Below are positions 20,984-30,628 of a stretch of 64,000 nt of DNA, one piece after another. The notes under the pieces were generated by a model, which made no database searches, was not told where the DNA came from, and worked only from the letters and a program-made list of their open reading frames with translations. Position numbers and translations under genes: made by a program. The stretch's first letter is position 1. Every line of letters starts with the position of its first letter. Source of the stretch: an uncultured virus (IMG/VR IMGVR_UViG_3300030102_002720). Taxonomy: Duplodnaviria; Heunggongvirae; Uroviricota; Caudoviricetes. The stretch spans positions 1 through 64,000 of the IMG/VR virus record IMGVR_UViG_3300030102_002720. One strand, 5' to 3'.

Positions 20984-21176
20984 TTACTTTCTCCTTATTA
21001 TTAATAGATCTTAAATCATTTCTCATAAGTTGTAAATCAAGCAATAACAACTTCAGTTCTTTATCTACTTTTTCTCTATTTAATTTAGGTAATTCTGCTC
21101 TTATTTTTTTTACTTGTTTCTCTGTAACATCCAATTGTTTCAGTGCTGTATCTATTGTAAACATTATGATCTCCAA
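20973..21176 (-). CDS. hypothetical coiled-coil protein
   Basis: Overlaps both neighbours in the replication operon. Confidence 0.55.
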   Translation of the reverse strand: MEIIMFTIDTALKQLDVTEKQVKKIRAELPKLNREKVDKELKLLLLDLQLMRNDLRSINNKEKVNAE

Positions 21177-22693
21177 AACATTTCCGTGAATTCTTTATCG
21201 GTTTGAGAGCGAACCAAATTCAATTCGTTTTTTGCTCGTGTCATTCCCACATAGAATACACGTCTCTCTACATCTCTGTTTCTTCTATACTCTTCATCTA
21301 CTTTAAAAGATAAATCAGAAAACAATAATACATTGGTTGCCTCTCCTCCTTTTGATCCATGTATAGTAGAAAGTTTTACTCTTGCCTCATGATTAAAGTT
21401 TTGATTACGCCTTAAAGCTGCCAACAAATAAGCTAACTTAGTTGGTGGTATTCTATCAAGTGCTGCATCCCATCTTAATTCCTGAGATAAAAGTAAACCA
21501 TGATCTTTTTTTAACTCTTCATAAGTATATTCTTTTTCTTGATTAGCTCGTGGCATTGTCTTTGATCCATACTTCACACCTACATCCACGTTCATGTAAT
21601 GATACATTGCTTTAACACCTTCAAATGCAACTGTTTTATTTCTAGTTAAACGTGTCCAGGTATTGATAGCTAGTAGTAAACGATCACTTACTGATTTAGA
21701 ATTGTGTCGTTGATAAAATATACCTCTTGTTTTTAATTCTTCTTCTACCTTATCTAATAAATAATTTGTGCGTGCTAGTATTAGCCAATCATCTTTTAAA
21801 AAATCTACATGACCGTATGGATTAACTCGTAACTTCAATGAACCATCACGGTCCGTGGCCTTCCAATCTTTATGTACCCTATCATCTACACGACTGATCA
21901 CGGCATTTGCTCTTTGTTGCACGGCTAACGGTACACGGAACGATTGATCAAGAATAATCCTATTACCTTTTTGACTTTTAAATCTCCATGGATCTGCACC
22001 TGCCCACTCAAAGATAGCTTGATCATCATCGCCAGCGATGTAAGTATGTGTAGAATTTTTTGCTAATATATCTACCATGTTCCATTGAATGCTGCTAAGA
22101 TCTTGTGCTTCATCAATGATAAGTAATTTAAATTTTGGTGATTGTTTTCTTTTATTAAACTCTATGATCATGTCAGTAAAATCCATAAAACCATTTTGTT
22201 GTTTATACTTTTCTAAACCTGTAGCAATCTTACGTAGTTTTAAAAAACCACCAGGAAGATGGCCTGTTGTTTTCTGACAAAACTGATGCTCTAAACTTAC
22301 ATCTTTTATTCTTGCAAGATCTATAATGTTTACAAACTTATCATCTTGCCAACCCATCCCATAATTATCATACTTGTTTGTTGGATTAGATAATTTTACA
22401 TTTAATAAATCAGATACTTCTTTGTAGTCAGTATCATCCATTAAAGATGAATCACTTAAACCTAATTCAAGATAAGCTAAACTATGTAATGTTCTAAAGT
22501 ATTTAAAATCTTTTTTATCATACTGAGGAAAACGTTCTACTGCACGAGTGACTGCTTCATTAGCTGCTTTACGAGTGTAAGCAAAGTAACCTATCTGATC
22601 AGGATCAATACCTTTAGCCAATCCTTCTTCTACAATAGTTAAAAGTTTATGTGTTTTACCTGTGCCAGGAGGGCCAAAGATAATGTTAATCAT
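21164..22693 (-). CDS. superfamily 1 (UvrD/Rep-like) DNA helicase
   Basis: GPPGTGKT, TLHSL, IIDEAQD, GDDDQAIF, L.QSFR, STIHGSKGGE and YVGMTRAK. Confidence 0.93.
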   Translation of the reverse strand: MINIIFGPPGTGKTHKLLTIVEEGLAKGIDPDQIGYFAYTRKAANEAVTRAVERFPQYDKKDFKYFRTLHSLAYLELGLSDSSLMDDTDYKEVSDLLNVKLSNPTNKYDNYGMGWQDDKFVNIIDLARIKDVSLEHQFCQKTTGHLPGGFLKLRKIATGLEKYKQQNGFMDFTDMIIEFNKRKQSPKFKLLIIDEAQDLSSIQWNMVDILAKNSTHTYIAGDDDQAIFEWAGADPWRFKSQKGNRIILDQSFRVPLAVQQRANAVISRVDDRVHKDWKATDRDGSLKLRVNPYGHVDFLKDDWLILARTNYLLDKVEEELKTRGIFYQRHNSKSVSDRLLLAINTWTRLTRNKTVAFEGVKAMYHYMNVDVGVKYGSKTMPRANQEKEYTYEELKKDHGLLLSQELRWDAALDRIPPTKLAYLLAALRRNQNFNHEARVKLSTIHGSKGGEATNVLLFSDLSFKVDEEYRRNRDVERRVFYVGMTRAKNELNLVRSQTDKEFTEMFWRS

Positions 22694-24204
22694 TAAAAGG
22701 CTTCTTTCTTTTTCATGTCCGGTATGTATAAATCTTTTTGTTCTATCTGTTTAGAAGGTACATACCATAAATAATATGTAATTCCTTTAACTTTTTTTCT
22801 GTGTGATCCTCCTCCTAAATCTTGCATAACTCTTGCGTGCATTTCTGTAGGAGTAAGAGAAGAAAATCTTTTCTTGTTTAAATATTCTTTTAAAGTTTTA
22901 GGTTGAAAATATATTTTACCTTCATGTTCCCAAGGCATTTCAATTGCTATCTCTTCTTCTCTATCTGATACACCTTGATCGTAAATAAAAGAATACAAGT
23001 AAGAATCAAACTGCCCCCATTTCGTTATCTCTGGTGGAGTTTCTATTATCTCTACGTTCTCGAGTAAGCTTTGAATCTTTGCGGTCCACGCAGCAGGGCT
23101 GAGTGCATTAGGTAATTGTGTTAATGCATCCATACATTTCTTTCTAAATTTACGTTGATCAAATAGTTCTTCTGTATTTAAAACTAATCGTTGCTCTTCA
23201 AAATTTAAAAACCAAACAGGTTCATCTGAATCATACTTCTGTAAATCAGAAAACTTACTTTCATACTCTCCACCTATACCATGTTTTCTTAAACGACATT
23301 GTGGTGCATCACATCTTGAACACATTGGTTGGTCTTTACATTTATATTGATAATCTTTTTTATCATGTTGGTTGATTGTCTTTGTTACTTGTGCATGACC
23401 AAGGGGCGGCTTCATGTATTTAAAATTAAATTCAGAAATTTTATCTTGCCATTTTTCTGGCCATTTCTTTTTCGCATATACTGCATACTGATATAAAACA
23501 TTATCTCTTCCACCTTCATCAATGCCTACACTAATTAAAGTTTGTAAACAAGGGGGTCCATCTTCTAGCTCTTCCACCTTTTTAACTTGTTTTGTTTTAA
23601 AGTTTCTTAATTTATCTTCTGTTATTTTTCTTTCATCAACGAAAGAAAGAAACTCATTTAGTGATAGTGACTCTCCTTTTTTATCAAAGGCATAACGCAT
23701 TGAGTCATCACCCCCATGATAAGGAAGATTTAAAAAGTTTCCTGTGTCTCCTCTGTCTGCTTGCAATTCAATTTGTTTAGGAAAGATTTCACAATCAGCA
23801 TGCCCCAACAAAGATGCAAAGCTTGTTAATTTATTTCTTATTAATTTTGCAGACACAACACCATCAATAAATAAAAATAAATGTGCGCCTCCACTTTTTG
23901 ATCGACATGCAATCAAAGGTAATTTTAACTTCTCTATGTTACTAATTAATTTTTTATGATCTAACGGATATGTATCAACATCTATACAACCCCACCTACA
24001 AGTTGAATCATCCATGATAGGAACAATACCAAGACTAGGATCTTTACCTTCTATGTGATCTATCCAATGTTGTGATGTAACTGGTTCTTTTTTTATGTAT
24101 GATTTACCACCACGCTTACCGCTGTCTTTAACTTCGCCCGGAACATATACTCCGTGTGCTCTTTCTAAACCTTTAAAAACGTCTTTAAATTTTTCTACAC
24201 TCAT
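22693..24204 (-). CDS. archaeo-eukaryotic-type primase with C-terminal PriCT/Cys domain
   Basis: WGCIDVD, RSKSGGAHLFLF, EIFPKQ, GNFLNLPY, PPCL, GGRDN and a Cys cluster. Confidence 0.8.
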   Translation of the reverse strand: MSVEKFKDVFKGLERAHGVYVPGEVKDSGKRGGKSYIKKEPVTSQHWIDHIEGKDPSLGIVPIMDDSTCRWGCIDVDTYPLDHKKLISNIEKLKLPLIACRSKSGGAHLFLFIDGVVSAKLIRNKLTSFASLLGHADCEIFPKQIELQADRGDTGNFLNLPYHGGDDSMRYAFDKKGESLSLNEFLSFVDERKITEDKLRNFKTKQVKKVEELEDGPPCLQTLISVGIDEGGRDNVLYQYAVYAKKKWPEKWQDKISEFNFKYMKPPLGHAQVTKTINQHDKKDYQYKCKDQPMCSRCDAPQCRLRKHGIGGEYESKFSDLQKYDSDEPVWFLNFEEQRLVLNTEELFDQRKFRKKCMDALTQLPNALSPAAWTAKIQSLLENVEIIETPPEITKWGQFDSYLYSFIYDQGVSDREEEIAIEMPWEHEGKIYFQPKTLKEYLNKKRFSSLTPTEMHARVMQDLGGGSHRKKVKGITYYLWYVPSKQIEQKDLYIPDMKKKEAF

Positions 24205-24228
24205 TGTATCTTTCGTTGTTAATTAAAA

Positions 24229-24262
24229 TGAGGGCGAACTATCGGAAGATTATTCGCCCTCA
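24229..24262 (-). terminator. hairpin / probable intrinsic terminator after the SSB-like gene
   Basis: 10-bp stem tgagggcgaa/ttcgccctca followed by TTTT on the minus strand. Confidence 0.55.
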
Positions 24263-24271
24263 CCAGCTGCC

Positions 24272-25069
24272 CTAATACGGAGTAGCTTGCTCCGTTTCGG
24301 TCGCATTGCCTTCTCCTCGTTCAGGAGATACTTTCGCTTCTCCTTTACTAACCGTTTCAGCAAAACGTCTAGCCTCTGTGAAGAGTGCAATGTCCTTTTC
24401 TTTTGATTGATCGAGTAATCTTTCAAACCCGAAATCAAATGTATGCCAGGTACCTTTATCATTCTTTTGTTTGGTCGTTGTTACTCTGAATAAACCAGAA
24501 AACATTGGCCACTCATTAGGGATCACGGAACGAATAAGAGAGTTGAACTTCTTACTACGTTTATACCCTGTTGATTTAAGAGTGATAACACAAGGACTTC
24601 CAAGCATACCATTATCGGACGGTCCTCCTTCATTAACAACAAAGACAAAGTGATTGGCACATGTTTCAATGTAGTTGCCATTCTCTAATCTATCTTTGTT
24701 TTGTGCGTCACGAGTTGTCTTCGTCAAGATATCTGATGTAGCAGGATAAACATTAACAGGAGCATTACTTCCAGTACCTATATTATTCCACTCTACATAT
24801 TCTCTTGCAAAGCCACATGGCATAACGAGGATACCTTTGTCCCCACTATACAATTCCTCCGTGACGTTGTTGTAGATCATTCCAGGTTTTGCACCTGCAA
24901 CAGTCTCATCTGCTACCTCTGGAGATAAAGCCATTAAGACTTTTAATCTAGGAGTAGCGTAGTCTTGGGCATCGATGTTATCGAATCCCATCCCTCGAAA
25001 AGATTCGAAGGGAACAACCTCTGCCACCGCAGTGGTGGTTGCCTTGGTTACAGCAGTTTTATTTGCCAT
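24272..25069 (-). CDS. putative single-stranded DNA-binding protein
   Basis: PRLKVLMALSP...KPG...EYVEW...KNDKGTW; acidic C-terminus ending in an aromatic residue (ATPY); located in the replication module. Confidence 0.55.
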   Translation of the reverse strand: MANKTAVTKATTTAVAEVVPFESFRGMGFDNIDAQDYATPRLKVLMALSPEVADETVAGAKPGMIYNNVTEELYSGDKGILVMPCGFAREYVEWNNIGTGSNAPVNVYPATSDILTKTTRDAQNKDRLENGNYIETCANHFVFVVNEGGPSDNGMLGSPCVITLKSTGYKRSKKFNSLIRSVIPNEWPMFSGLFRVTTTKQKNDKGTWHTFDFGFERLLDQSKEKDIALFTEARRFAETVSKGEAKVSPERGEGNATETEQATPY

Positions 25070-25096
25070 TTTATTTCTCCTTATATTTTCGTTTCA

Positions 25097-25648
25097 CTAT
25101 GTGATTTTCACTTTGTTGGTTACATAGACACCAAATTTGTCTTGAGGAATATCTGATCCTTTTTGAATCTGTTCCTTGACAAATGCTTTTAGGGTAGAGG
25201 CATGAACACCACTCTTCTGAATAGGAGCTTGTCCTTCATCACGTAAACGTGAATACAATTCAGTAGCGTTATCTTCTTCACCTCTTCCAAAACTACAGAC
25301 AATATCATTTTTAATAATATCATCAAACCCATTATCTCTTAGCCAAGCAAATGCTTCTGCTTTGTTAGCTTCACTTATGTGTGCTTTATAAACTTCTTGT
25401 ATCTCTACTTTAGATCCGGAACTAAGCGTGACTGCTTTCATTCCTATCTCATCTAATAATGTTGGGATGGATTCGTTCTCTAGTTTGAACTCTTCCTCTT
25501 CTAATCTTTTTAGTTCTGCTTTTCTGTCAGATATTTTTTTACGAACAGTTTCTAACTGATCACAAAAAGTACCAACAGCTTTAAGTCTATCATCACCAGA
25601 ACCTTCTAGTTCTTGGATAGCTTTCTTTGAGTCTTCGAATAATGACAT
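25097..25648 (-). CDS. conserved phage replication-region protein
   Basis: Coiled coil plus AFAWLRDNGFDDIIKN and VHASTLKAFVKEQ motifs. Confidence 0.65.
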   Translation of the reverse strand: MSLFEDSKKAIQELEGSGDDRLKAVGTFCDQLETVRKKISDRKAELKRLEEEEFKLENESIPTLLDEIGMKAVTLSSGSKVEIQEVYKAHISEANKAEAFAWLRDNGFDDIIKNDIVCSFGRGEEDNATELYSRLRDEGQAPIQKSGVHASTLKAFVKEQIQKGSDIPQDKFGVYVTNKVKIT

Positions 25649-25661
25649 ATTACTTTCTCCA

Positions 25662-25985
25662 TTAGTTTGTGTTTACCTCAACAGGATAATATTTTTTTAA
25701 ATGTCTATCCCACTTCAGCATTTTAAATCTATTACGATTCATGCTTGCTGCAACAACTGCAACAGTTGCAATAATAGAAGGATCACCAAGACACAATATG
25801 TAATCGTCATCAGAAAAGTCTTTTAATTTTTTCTTTAGTGCATGCACTACAGGTTGTGAACTAATCATCAATTGATCTTTACGAGGTAAAAGATTTTCAA
25901 ACTTACCAAATCGTAAAGCGTCTGTGATATCCACTCCAGATTTTTCTTGTACTACATATACTGTCATAGCTTTCTTATCTAACAT
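25662..25985 (-). CDS. hypothetical protein
   Basis: VYVVQE...A.RFG...DYILCLGDP...LKWDR pattern. Confidence 0.65.
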   Translation of the reverse strand: MLDKKAMTVYVVQEKSGVDITDALRFGKFENLLPRKDQLMISSQPVVHALKKKLKDFSDDDYILCLGDPSIIATVAVVAASMNRNRFKMLKWDRHLKKYYPVEVNTN

Positions 25986-26048
25986 ATACTTATTGATTTT
26001 TAAAATGCAAGTGTTATATGTTTAATCTAGAAAGATTAAGGAGAAATT

Positions 26049-27494
26049 ATGGACTACCCGTTTAAAACTGTGCCTTATGCACATCAAATTACTGCCTTGA
26101 AAAAGTCATGGGACAAAGAAAACTATGCCTATTTCATGGAGATGGGAACCGGTAAATCAAAGGTTCTTATCGATAACATGTCTATGCTGTATGACAACGG
26201 CAAGATAAATGGTGCGTTGATACTTGCACCAAAGGGAGTGTATCGTAACTGGCAACGCCAGGAAATACCTACGCACTTACCGAATCACATTGAAGACTTT
26301 ACTGTAGCCTGGACACCTACACCTAATAAGTTAGAGAAAGAATTACTTGATAGTATTCTTAAAGATCCAAAGGACTTGACGCTTGATATCTTCTTGATGA
26401 ATATAGAAGCGTTACATACGACAAAGGGAGCACGGTTCGCTGAACGATTTCTCAATGGACATAGAGCTCTAGTTGTTATTGATGAGAGCACCACAATAAA
26501 AAATCCTAAAGCAATCAGAACAAAGAATGCATTGAAGTTAAGTACACTTGCAAAGTACAGACGAATACTTACAGGTTCACCTGTCACAAGAGATCCAATT
26601 GATTTGTTTTCTCAGTGTGAGTTTCTTGATCCTGCCATATTAGGTCATGCTTCTTACTACAGTTTTAAAAATAGATACACTGTTCAAGTAAGAACTAATG
26701 TTGGAACACATACATTTAACAAAGTAGTAGGATATAAAAATTTAGGTGAGCTGTCTGGTTTACTTGATCCATATTCTTACAGAGTATTGAAGGAGGATTG
26801 TTTGGACTTACCAGAAAAAATTTATACCAAGCGACAAGTAGATTTAACTGACGAACAGAAAAAAGCATACAGAGAAATGAAAGAGTATGCTCTTACTTTG
26901 TTTGAAGATGGTAGTGTGTTATCAGCTAGCACAGTAATGACACAGTTGTTAAGACTTCATCAAATTAGTTGTGGTCATCTGATTACAGAGAGTGGCGAAA
27001 CAAAGATATTTAAAAACAATCGTATCACAGAGTTAATGGATATCTTGGAAGAAGTGGACGGGAAGGTTATCATCTGGGCCAACTATCGTCAAGACATTCG
27101 CACTATCTACGATACTATTTCTAAAAAGTATGGAAAAGAAACAGTCGCTACGTATTACGGTGATACACCTGATGAAGAGAGACAGGGTATTGTTCAGAGG
27201 TTTCAGGACAAGGAGTCATCGCTTCGATACTTTGTTGGTAATCAACAGACTGCAGGGTATGGATTGACACTGACTGCTGCCAAGACTGTAGTTTATTATT
27301 CGAATAACTATGACTTGGAGAAAAGAATACAGTCTGAGGATCGTGCACACCGGATCGGACAAAAAAGTAATGTTACTTATATAGATCTGATCGCTGAAAA
27401 AACTGTGGACGAGCGAATAGTAAAGGCTCTTCGTAATAAAATCAACATCGCAAGTAAAGTTTTAGGTGAAGAGTTCAAAGAATGGTTGACTTAA
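26049..27494 (+). CDS. SNF2-family (SF2) helicase
   Basis: EMGTGKS, IDESTTIKN, LTGSP, GYGLTLT and QSEDRAHRIGQ. Confidence 0.92.
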   Translation: MDYPFKTVPYAHQITALKKSWDKENYAYFMEMGTGKSKVLIDNMSMLYDNGKINGALILAPKGVYRNWQRQEIPTHLPNHIEDFTVAWTPTPNKLEKELLDSILKDPKDLTLDIFLMNIEALHTTKGARFAERFLNGHRALVVIDESTTIKNPKAIRTKNALKLSTLAKYRRILTGSPVTRDPIDLFSQCEFLDPAILGHASYYSFKNRYTVQVRTNVGTHTFNKVVGYKNLGELSGLLDPYSYRVLKEDCLDLPEKIYTKRQVDLTDEQKKAYREMKEYALTLFEDGSVLSASTVMTQLLRLHQISCGHLITESGETKIFKNNRITELMDILEEVDGKVIIWANYRQDIRTIYDTISKKYGKETVATYYGDTPDEERQGIVQRFQDKESSLRYFVGNQQTAGYGLTLTAAKTVVYYSNNYDLEKRIQSEDRAHRIGQKSNVTYIDLIAEKTVDERIVKALRNKINIASKVLGEEFKEWLT

Positions 27495-27513
27495 TCTGTT
27501 ATATGCTTATATT
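27486..27513 (+). promoter_or_regulatory. sigma70-like promoter
   Basis: TTGACT-N16-TATATT upstream of the AAGGAG RBS of 27538. Confidence 0.5.
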
Positions 27514-27537
27514 ATAACTTAATACAAAGGAGAAAGT

Positions 27538-27750
27538 ATGTATATAAATAAATACAAAGTAAATAACATTGGTACAAAGTGGACCAATGGTAAAGATAAA
27601 AAGAATCAGTTACTTGATAGTCTTGATGGTAGTGATGGCATTGATTTAAGAAAGTTAGTGCCTCTGTTAGAGCAGTGGTTTGAAACTGTTACTGGTGGAT
27701 GGTCTGATAAAACTGTTGAGTTAACAATTGATGTCAAAGAGGAGAGGTAA
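27538..27750 (+). CDS. hypothetical protein
   Basis: AAGGAG RBS; 70 aa. Confidence 0.6.
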   Translation: MYINKYKVNNIGTKWTNGKDKKNQLLDSLDGSDGIDLRKLVPLLEQWFETVTGGWSDKTVELTIDVKEER

Positions 27751-27902
27751 TGGACACAAGTAAATTTAAATCAGTGACTATCTCGATTGAAACTTGGAAG
27801 ATGCTACATGATTTAGCAGAAGCTGAGATGAGATCAGTTAGTAGAACGATAGAGTATTTGGTTAACAGATACAAAAACGAACAGGAGAAGAACGATGGGT
27901 AG
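27750..27902 (+). CDS. putative ribbon-helix-helix DNA-binding protein (50 aa)
   Basis: Manual translation MDTSKFKSVTISIETWKMLHDLAEAEMRSVSRTIEYLV; beta-helix-helix pattern; GGAG RBS. Confidence 0.55.
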   Translation: MDTSKFKSVTISIETWKMLHDLAEAEMRSVSRTIEYLVNRYKNEQEKNDG

Positions 27903-28080
27903 AATGAAAAACATGCTCATGGAAATGGAAGAGGATGCTGAGAATATGTCTGCTGAAGAGTGGATGAAGAAATGGGGATCAAATGAGTTACACATCTGGT
28001 CTAGGATTCAGTGGGAACTTGGCAACGATAATCTTGATGAGCAGTATCTAGCCATTACTAAACCAGAGGGATCCGCATGA
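27895..28080 (+). CDS. hypothetical protein
   Basis: AGGAG RBS; overlaps both neighbours. Confidence 0.55.
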   Translation: MGRMKNMLMEMEEDAENMSAEEWMKKWGSNELHIWSRIQWELGNDNLDEQYLAITKPEGSA

Positions 28081-28214
28081 AATATCAATGCACTAACTGT
28101 GGCATAGAACATGTTAAAGAAATGATGCTCTGTGTTCAGAAGGGTAAGTCGAAGGGGACGCCTATGTACTGGTGGTATTGTATAAAATGTTACAACTTGC
28201 TAGAACTGGGTTGA
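28077..28214 (+). CDS. small zinc-finger protein (45 aa)
   Basis: Manual translation MKYQCTNCG...WYCIKCYNLLELG with two CxxC; ATGA overlap. Confidence 0.55.
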   Translation: MKYQCTNCGIEHVKEMMLCVQKGKSKGTPMYWWYCIKCYNLLELG

Positions 28215-28396
28215 TTTGTTTGACTATAATTATTTGTGTCTGGATCTTTGTTTTACACTCACCCTTCAGGATGTATGTGAAAGAGTGCGAGAGAGAGCAT
28301 GAATATTATAGTAAAGAAATGTGTATGTGGATGTACATGGAAATGAGAAAGGAGGAGTCATGGCTGAGAAGAATACTCTTAGAGCTAGGCTCGTAA
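28172..28396 (+). CDS. small membrane protein (start uncertain)
   Basis: Hydrophobic segment LICLTIIICVWIFVL. Confidence 0.4.
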   Translation: MVLYKMLQLARTGLICLTIIICVWIFVLHSPFRMYVKECEREHEYYSKEMCMWMYMEMRKEESWLRRILLELGS

Positions 28397-28533
28397 AAGA
28401 ATACGAAAAGGCATCAAAGTCTGCTCTCAGAGATCCCAGAACTGTTGAGCAAATGGCGATGAGATTGCGTTGGGAACGATTACATAGTATACTTAGGAGG
28501 CGTTATGATTATTTGCCAGGAATGCAAAGGTAA
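28360..28533 (+). CDS. hypothetical protein
   Basis: GGAGGAG RBS before the ATG at 28360. Confidence 0.55.
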   Translation: MAEKNTLRARLVKEYEKASKSALRDPRTVEQMAMRLRWERLHSILRRRYDYLPGMQR

Positions 28534-28726
28534 TGGGTTCATTCGGCTTCGGTGGGAGGCAAGTGAATCAGTTGAACAGTGCAAAGTTTGTGACTCGCAA
28601 GGCGAGATTAAGGAGGATGAATATGTTAGTCAATCGTGGGACGATGACAACGGAAACCCAGTTGCGTATCACGGACCACCGTTGGATCCAGAAGGATTCA
28701 AAAACTACAAGATTTATCCCAAGTAA
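28505..28726 (+). CDS. DnaJ-type zinc-finger protein
   Basis: CQECKGNG...CKVCDSQG (CxxCxGxG repeats); AGGAGG RBS. Confidence 0.65.
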   Translation: MIICQECKGNGFIRLRWEASESVEQCKVCDSQGEIKEDEYVSQSWDDDNGNPVAYHGPPLDPEGFKNYKIYPK

Positions 28727-28797
28727 TCCAGTCGTAAAGTTTGAGGGTGAACCACCTTTTTAACATAAAATACTCCGCTTGGTTTGCTCTCGAAGAT

Positions 28798-28825
28798 AGG
28801 GGCCAGATTCCTCCGGCCCCTTTTC
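28798..28825 (+). terminator. probable intrinsic terminator
   Basis: aggggcc...ggcccct stem followed by T residues. Confidence 0.45.
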
Positions 28826-28882
28826 TATTTACTTTTCTCGTAAAATAACTTAAAATCACGCACGAACAAACAAAGGAGATCT

Positions 28883-29086
28883 ATGAGCATTAGATTGCCC
28901 AATAGTCCGGTTCGGAAAATACAAGAGTGCTTAAAATGTGGCACAATTTCAGTAAAATTTTGGAAGCAACAGTACGATCGTAGCTATACGAAGGAAGAGT
29001 GGGCCAGTATTTTGGCTGAAGGACACGCTGTTTTACGCAAAATTATGAAACCTGTACAAGAAGATCCGAAGTTTTTTATAGATTAG
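28883..29086 (+). CDS. hypothetical protein
   Basis: AAGGAG RBS; CxxC. Confidence 0.6.
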   Translation: MSIRLPNSPVRKIQECLKCGTISVKFWKQQYDRSYTKEEWASILAEGHAVLRKIMKPVQEDPKFFID

Positions 29087-29140
29087 TAAGATGTATTTAA
29101 AGTTTTAAGCTAAACTTTTATACACAAAACTTTAATTTTG

Positions 29141-29242
29141 AAGTAACCAAGTAACTTTAACACACAACTTACTGAAATATAACAATAATATGGGTTACTT
29201 ATACAGTAACTTACAGTTACCTGCCTTGTCAAATAAGTAACC
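29141..29242. repeat. cluster of six direct/inverted GTAAC-core repeats (iteron/pac-like)
   Basis: aagtaacc 29141, aagtaact 29149, ggttactt 29193, cagtaact 29204, agttacctg 29215, aagtaacc 29235. Confidence 0.65.
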
Positions 29243-29301
29243 GACAAAATAATTTGTGTTTTACTTTTAAAACAACTATATATTTACGCTAAACTAAACG
29301 T

Positions 29302-29790
29302 ATGAATAAAAGATTAACTGTTAAACAAATAAAATTTGTTAATGAATTAGTCCGTGAAGATGGAGCCATAACCCCTACTGAAGCTGCCAGAAGGGCAGGG
29401 TATTCTACTGATAGAGCTAGAACTACTGCTTCTGAATTACTAAATGTCCAAAGAAATCCAGAGGTTGTTAGATATTTAGATGAACTCAAAAAAGAAATGC
29501 AACACAAAACTGCAGTTACTTTCGATCGTCATGTAAAAAGACTTGATGACTTATCTCGAGCAGCACAGGAAGATAAGGCTTGGTCAGCCTCTGTTCAAGC
29601 AGAAAAGAATCGAGGTCAAGCAGCAGGATTTTATAATCACACACAAAACATACATACACTAAACTCCATAGACACAATGAATCTTGAGCAAGTTCAAGCA
29701 AGACTTAAAGATATACGCAAGTTGTATGGGGATATAATAGATGCAGACTTCACAGAGATACCCGAGATTGAACAAAAAAAAGAAAGCTAA
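29302..29790 (+). CDS. terS: terminase small subunit
   Basis: LT.KQ.KFV...TEAARRAGYS..A...ASELL...NP.V..Y N-terminal HTH signature. Confidence 0.8.
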   Translation: MNKRLTVKQIKFVNELVREDGAITPTEAARRAGYSTDRARTTASELLNVQRNPEVVRYLDELKKEMQHKTAVTFDRHVKRLDDLSRAAQEDKAWSASVQAEKNRGQAAGFYNHTQNIHTLNSIDTMNLEQVQARLKDIRKLYGDIIDADFTEIPEIEQKKES

Positions 29791-29791
29791 A

Positions 29792-29968
29792 CTACCCTCT
29801 TCTTAACAATCCTTTGTATTGAAAATTATCCTCACCTTTGACAAATGTTTTTTTATCATGAGCTAACCACCCAATGACACCACGATTTTGGGAGGTATGG
29901 ATATGCAACCACACTAAACTTTTATTCTTCTTTCTTCTTTTAAATAAATTAAATAATTTTTTAATCAT
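29792..29968 (-). CDS. small basic protein (58 aa)
   Basis: Manual translation MIKKLFNLFKRRKKNKSLVWLHIH...; AAAGGA RBS. Confidence 0.5.
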   Translation of the reverse strand: MIKKLFNLFKRRKKNKSLVWLHIHTSQNRGVIGWLAHDKKTFVKGEDNFQYKGLLRRG

Positions 29969-29969
29969 A

Positions 29970-30071
29970 CTAATCCTTTCTAATTCTAGTTATAGAATTT
30001 TTTTTAGTTCTTGGGTGTATACCATATTTTATATACAACCACACTATTCTTAATAATAATTGTTTAATCAT
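29970..30071 (-). CDS. small basic peptide (33 aa)
   Basis: Manual translation MIKQLLLRIVWLYIKYGIHPRTKK...; AAAGGA RBS. Confidence 0.45.
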   Translation of the reverse strand: MIKQLLLRIVWLYIKYGIHPRTKKNSITRIRKD

Positions 30072-30082
30072 AATTTCCTTTC

Positions 30083-30110
30083 AAAAAAATAGGGGGAATA
30101 AATCCCCCTA
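30083..30110 (-). terminator. intrinsic terminator
   Basis: taggggga/tcccccta stem followed by T7 on the minus strand. Confidence 0.65.
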
Positions 30111-30114
30111 CTCT

Positions 30115-30489
30115 TTACCAACTACACTCGTATTTTATTTCATGACCTTGCTCTAATTGGGTTCTTGCCCAATCACATGCTTCTTGGTCTTGCTTTTTAT
30201 ATTCCTTGACTTGCTCTTCTTGGAATTGTTGTCCCCAAAAAAATCCATCACTAGCAAATGAGTTCCAATATTCATTTTTGATTTCTTCTTCCCAATCATC
30301 AAGGTCAGATTTTTGTAATACAAGTGGCTCGTCCCCTGCATTAAATCCTAAATTAAAAGAACCCTCTGGTTCTTTATCAGGATATTTTTCACGCCATTTT
30401 CTAGCCATAAAGACCTGAAGTCTTGCGTGTTTTCTCCAGTCGTATTCTTTTTCTCCTGAAGAGCTTAACATATATTGGTCTAGTCCCAT
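30115..30489 (-). CDS. conserved phage hypothetical protein (MGLDQY...WRKH...GFFWG...Y.CSW)
   Basis: AAAGGAG RBS before the ATG at 30489; characteristic motif set. Confidence 0.7.
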   Translation of the reverse strand: MGLDQYMLSSSGEKEYDWRKHARLQVFMARKWREKYPDKEPEGSFNLGFNAGDEPLVLQKSDLDDWEEEIKNEYWNSFASDGFFWGQQFQEEQVKEYKKQDQEACDWARTQLEQGHEIKYECSW

Positions 30490-30628
30490 ATCTTTCTCCT
30501 TTGTTAATGGGTTAAAGTGGGTAGTTTTAAAGCTATCGCTTCGCATATTTGCATTGGCACTACCCAAGCCATTTTACCTTTGGATAACAAGTTTAACCCA
30601 TGCTGCATGGAAAACCAAAGGCAAACTC

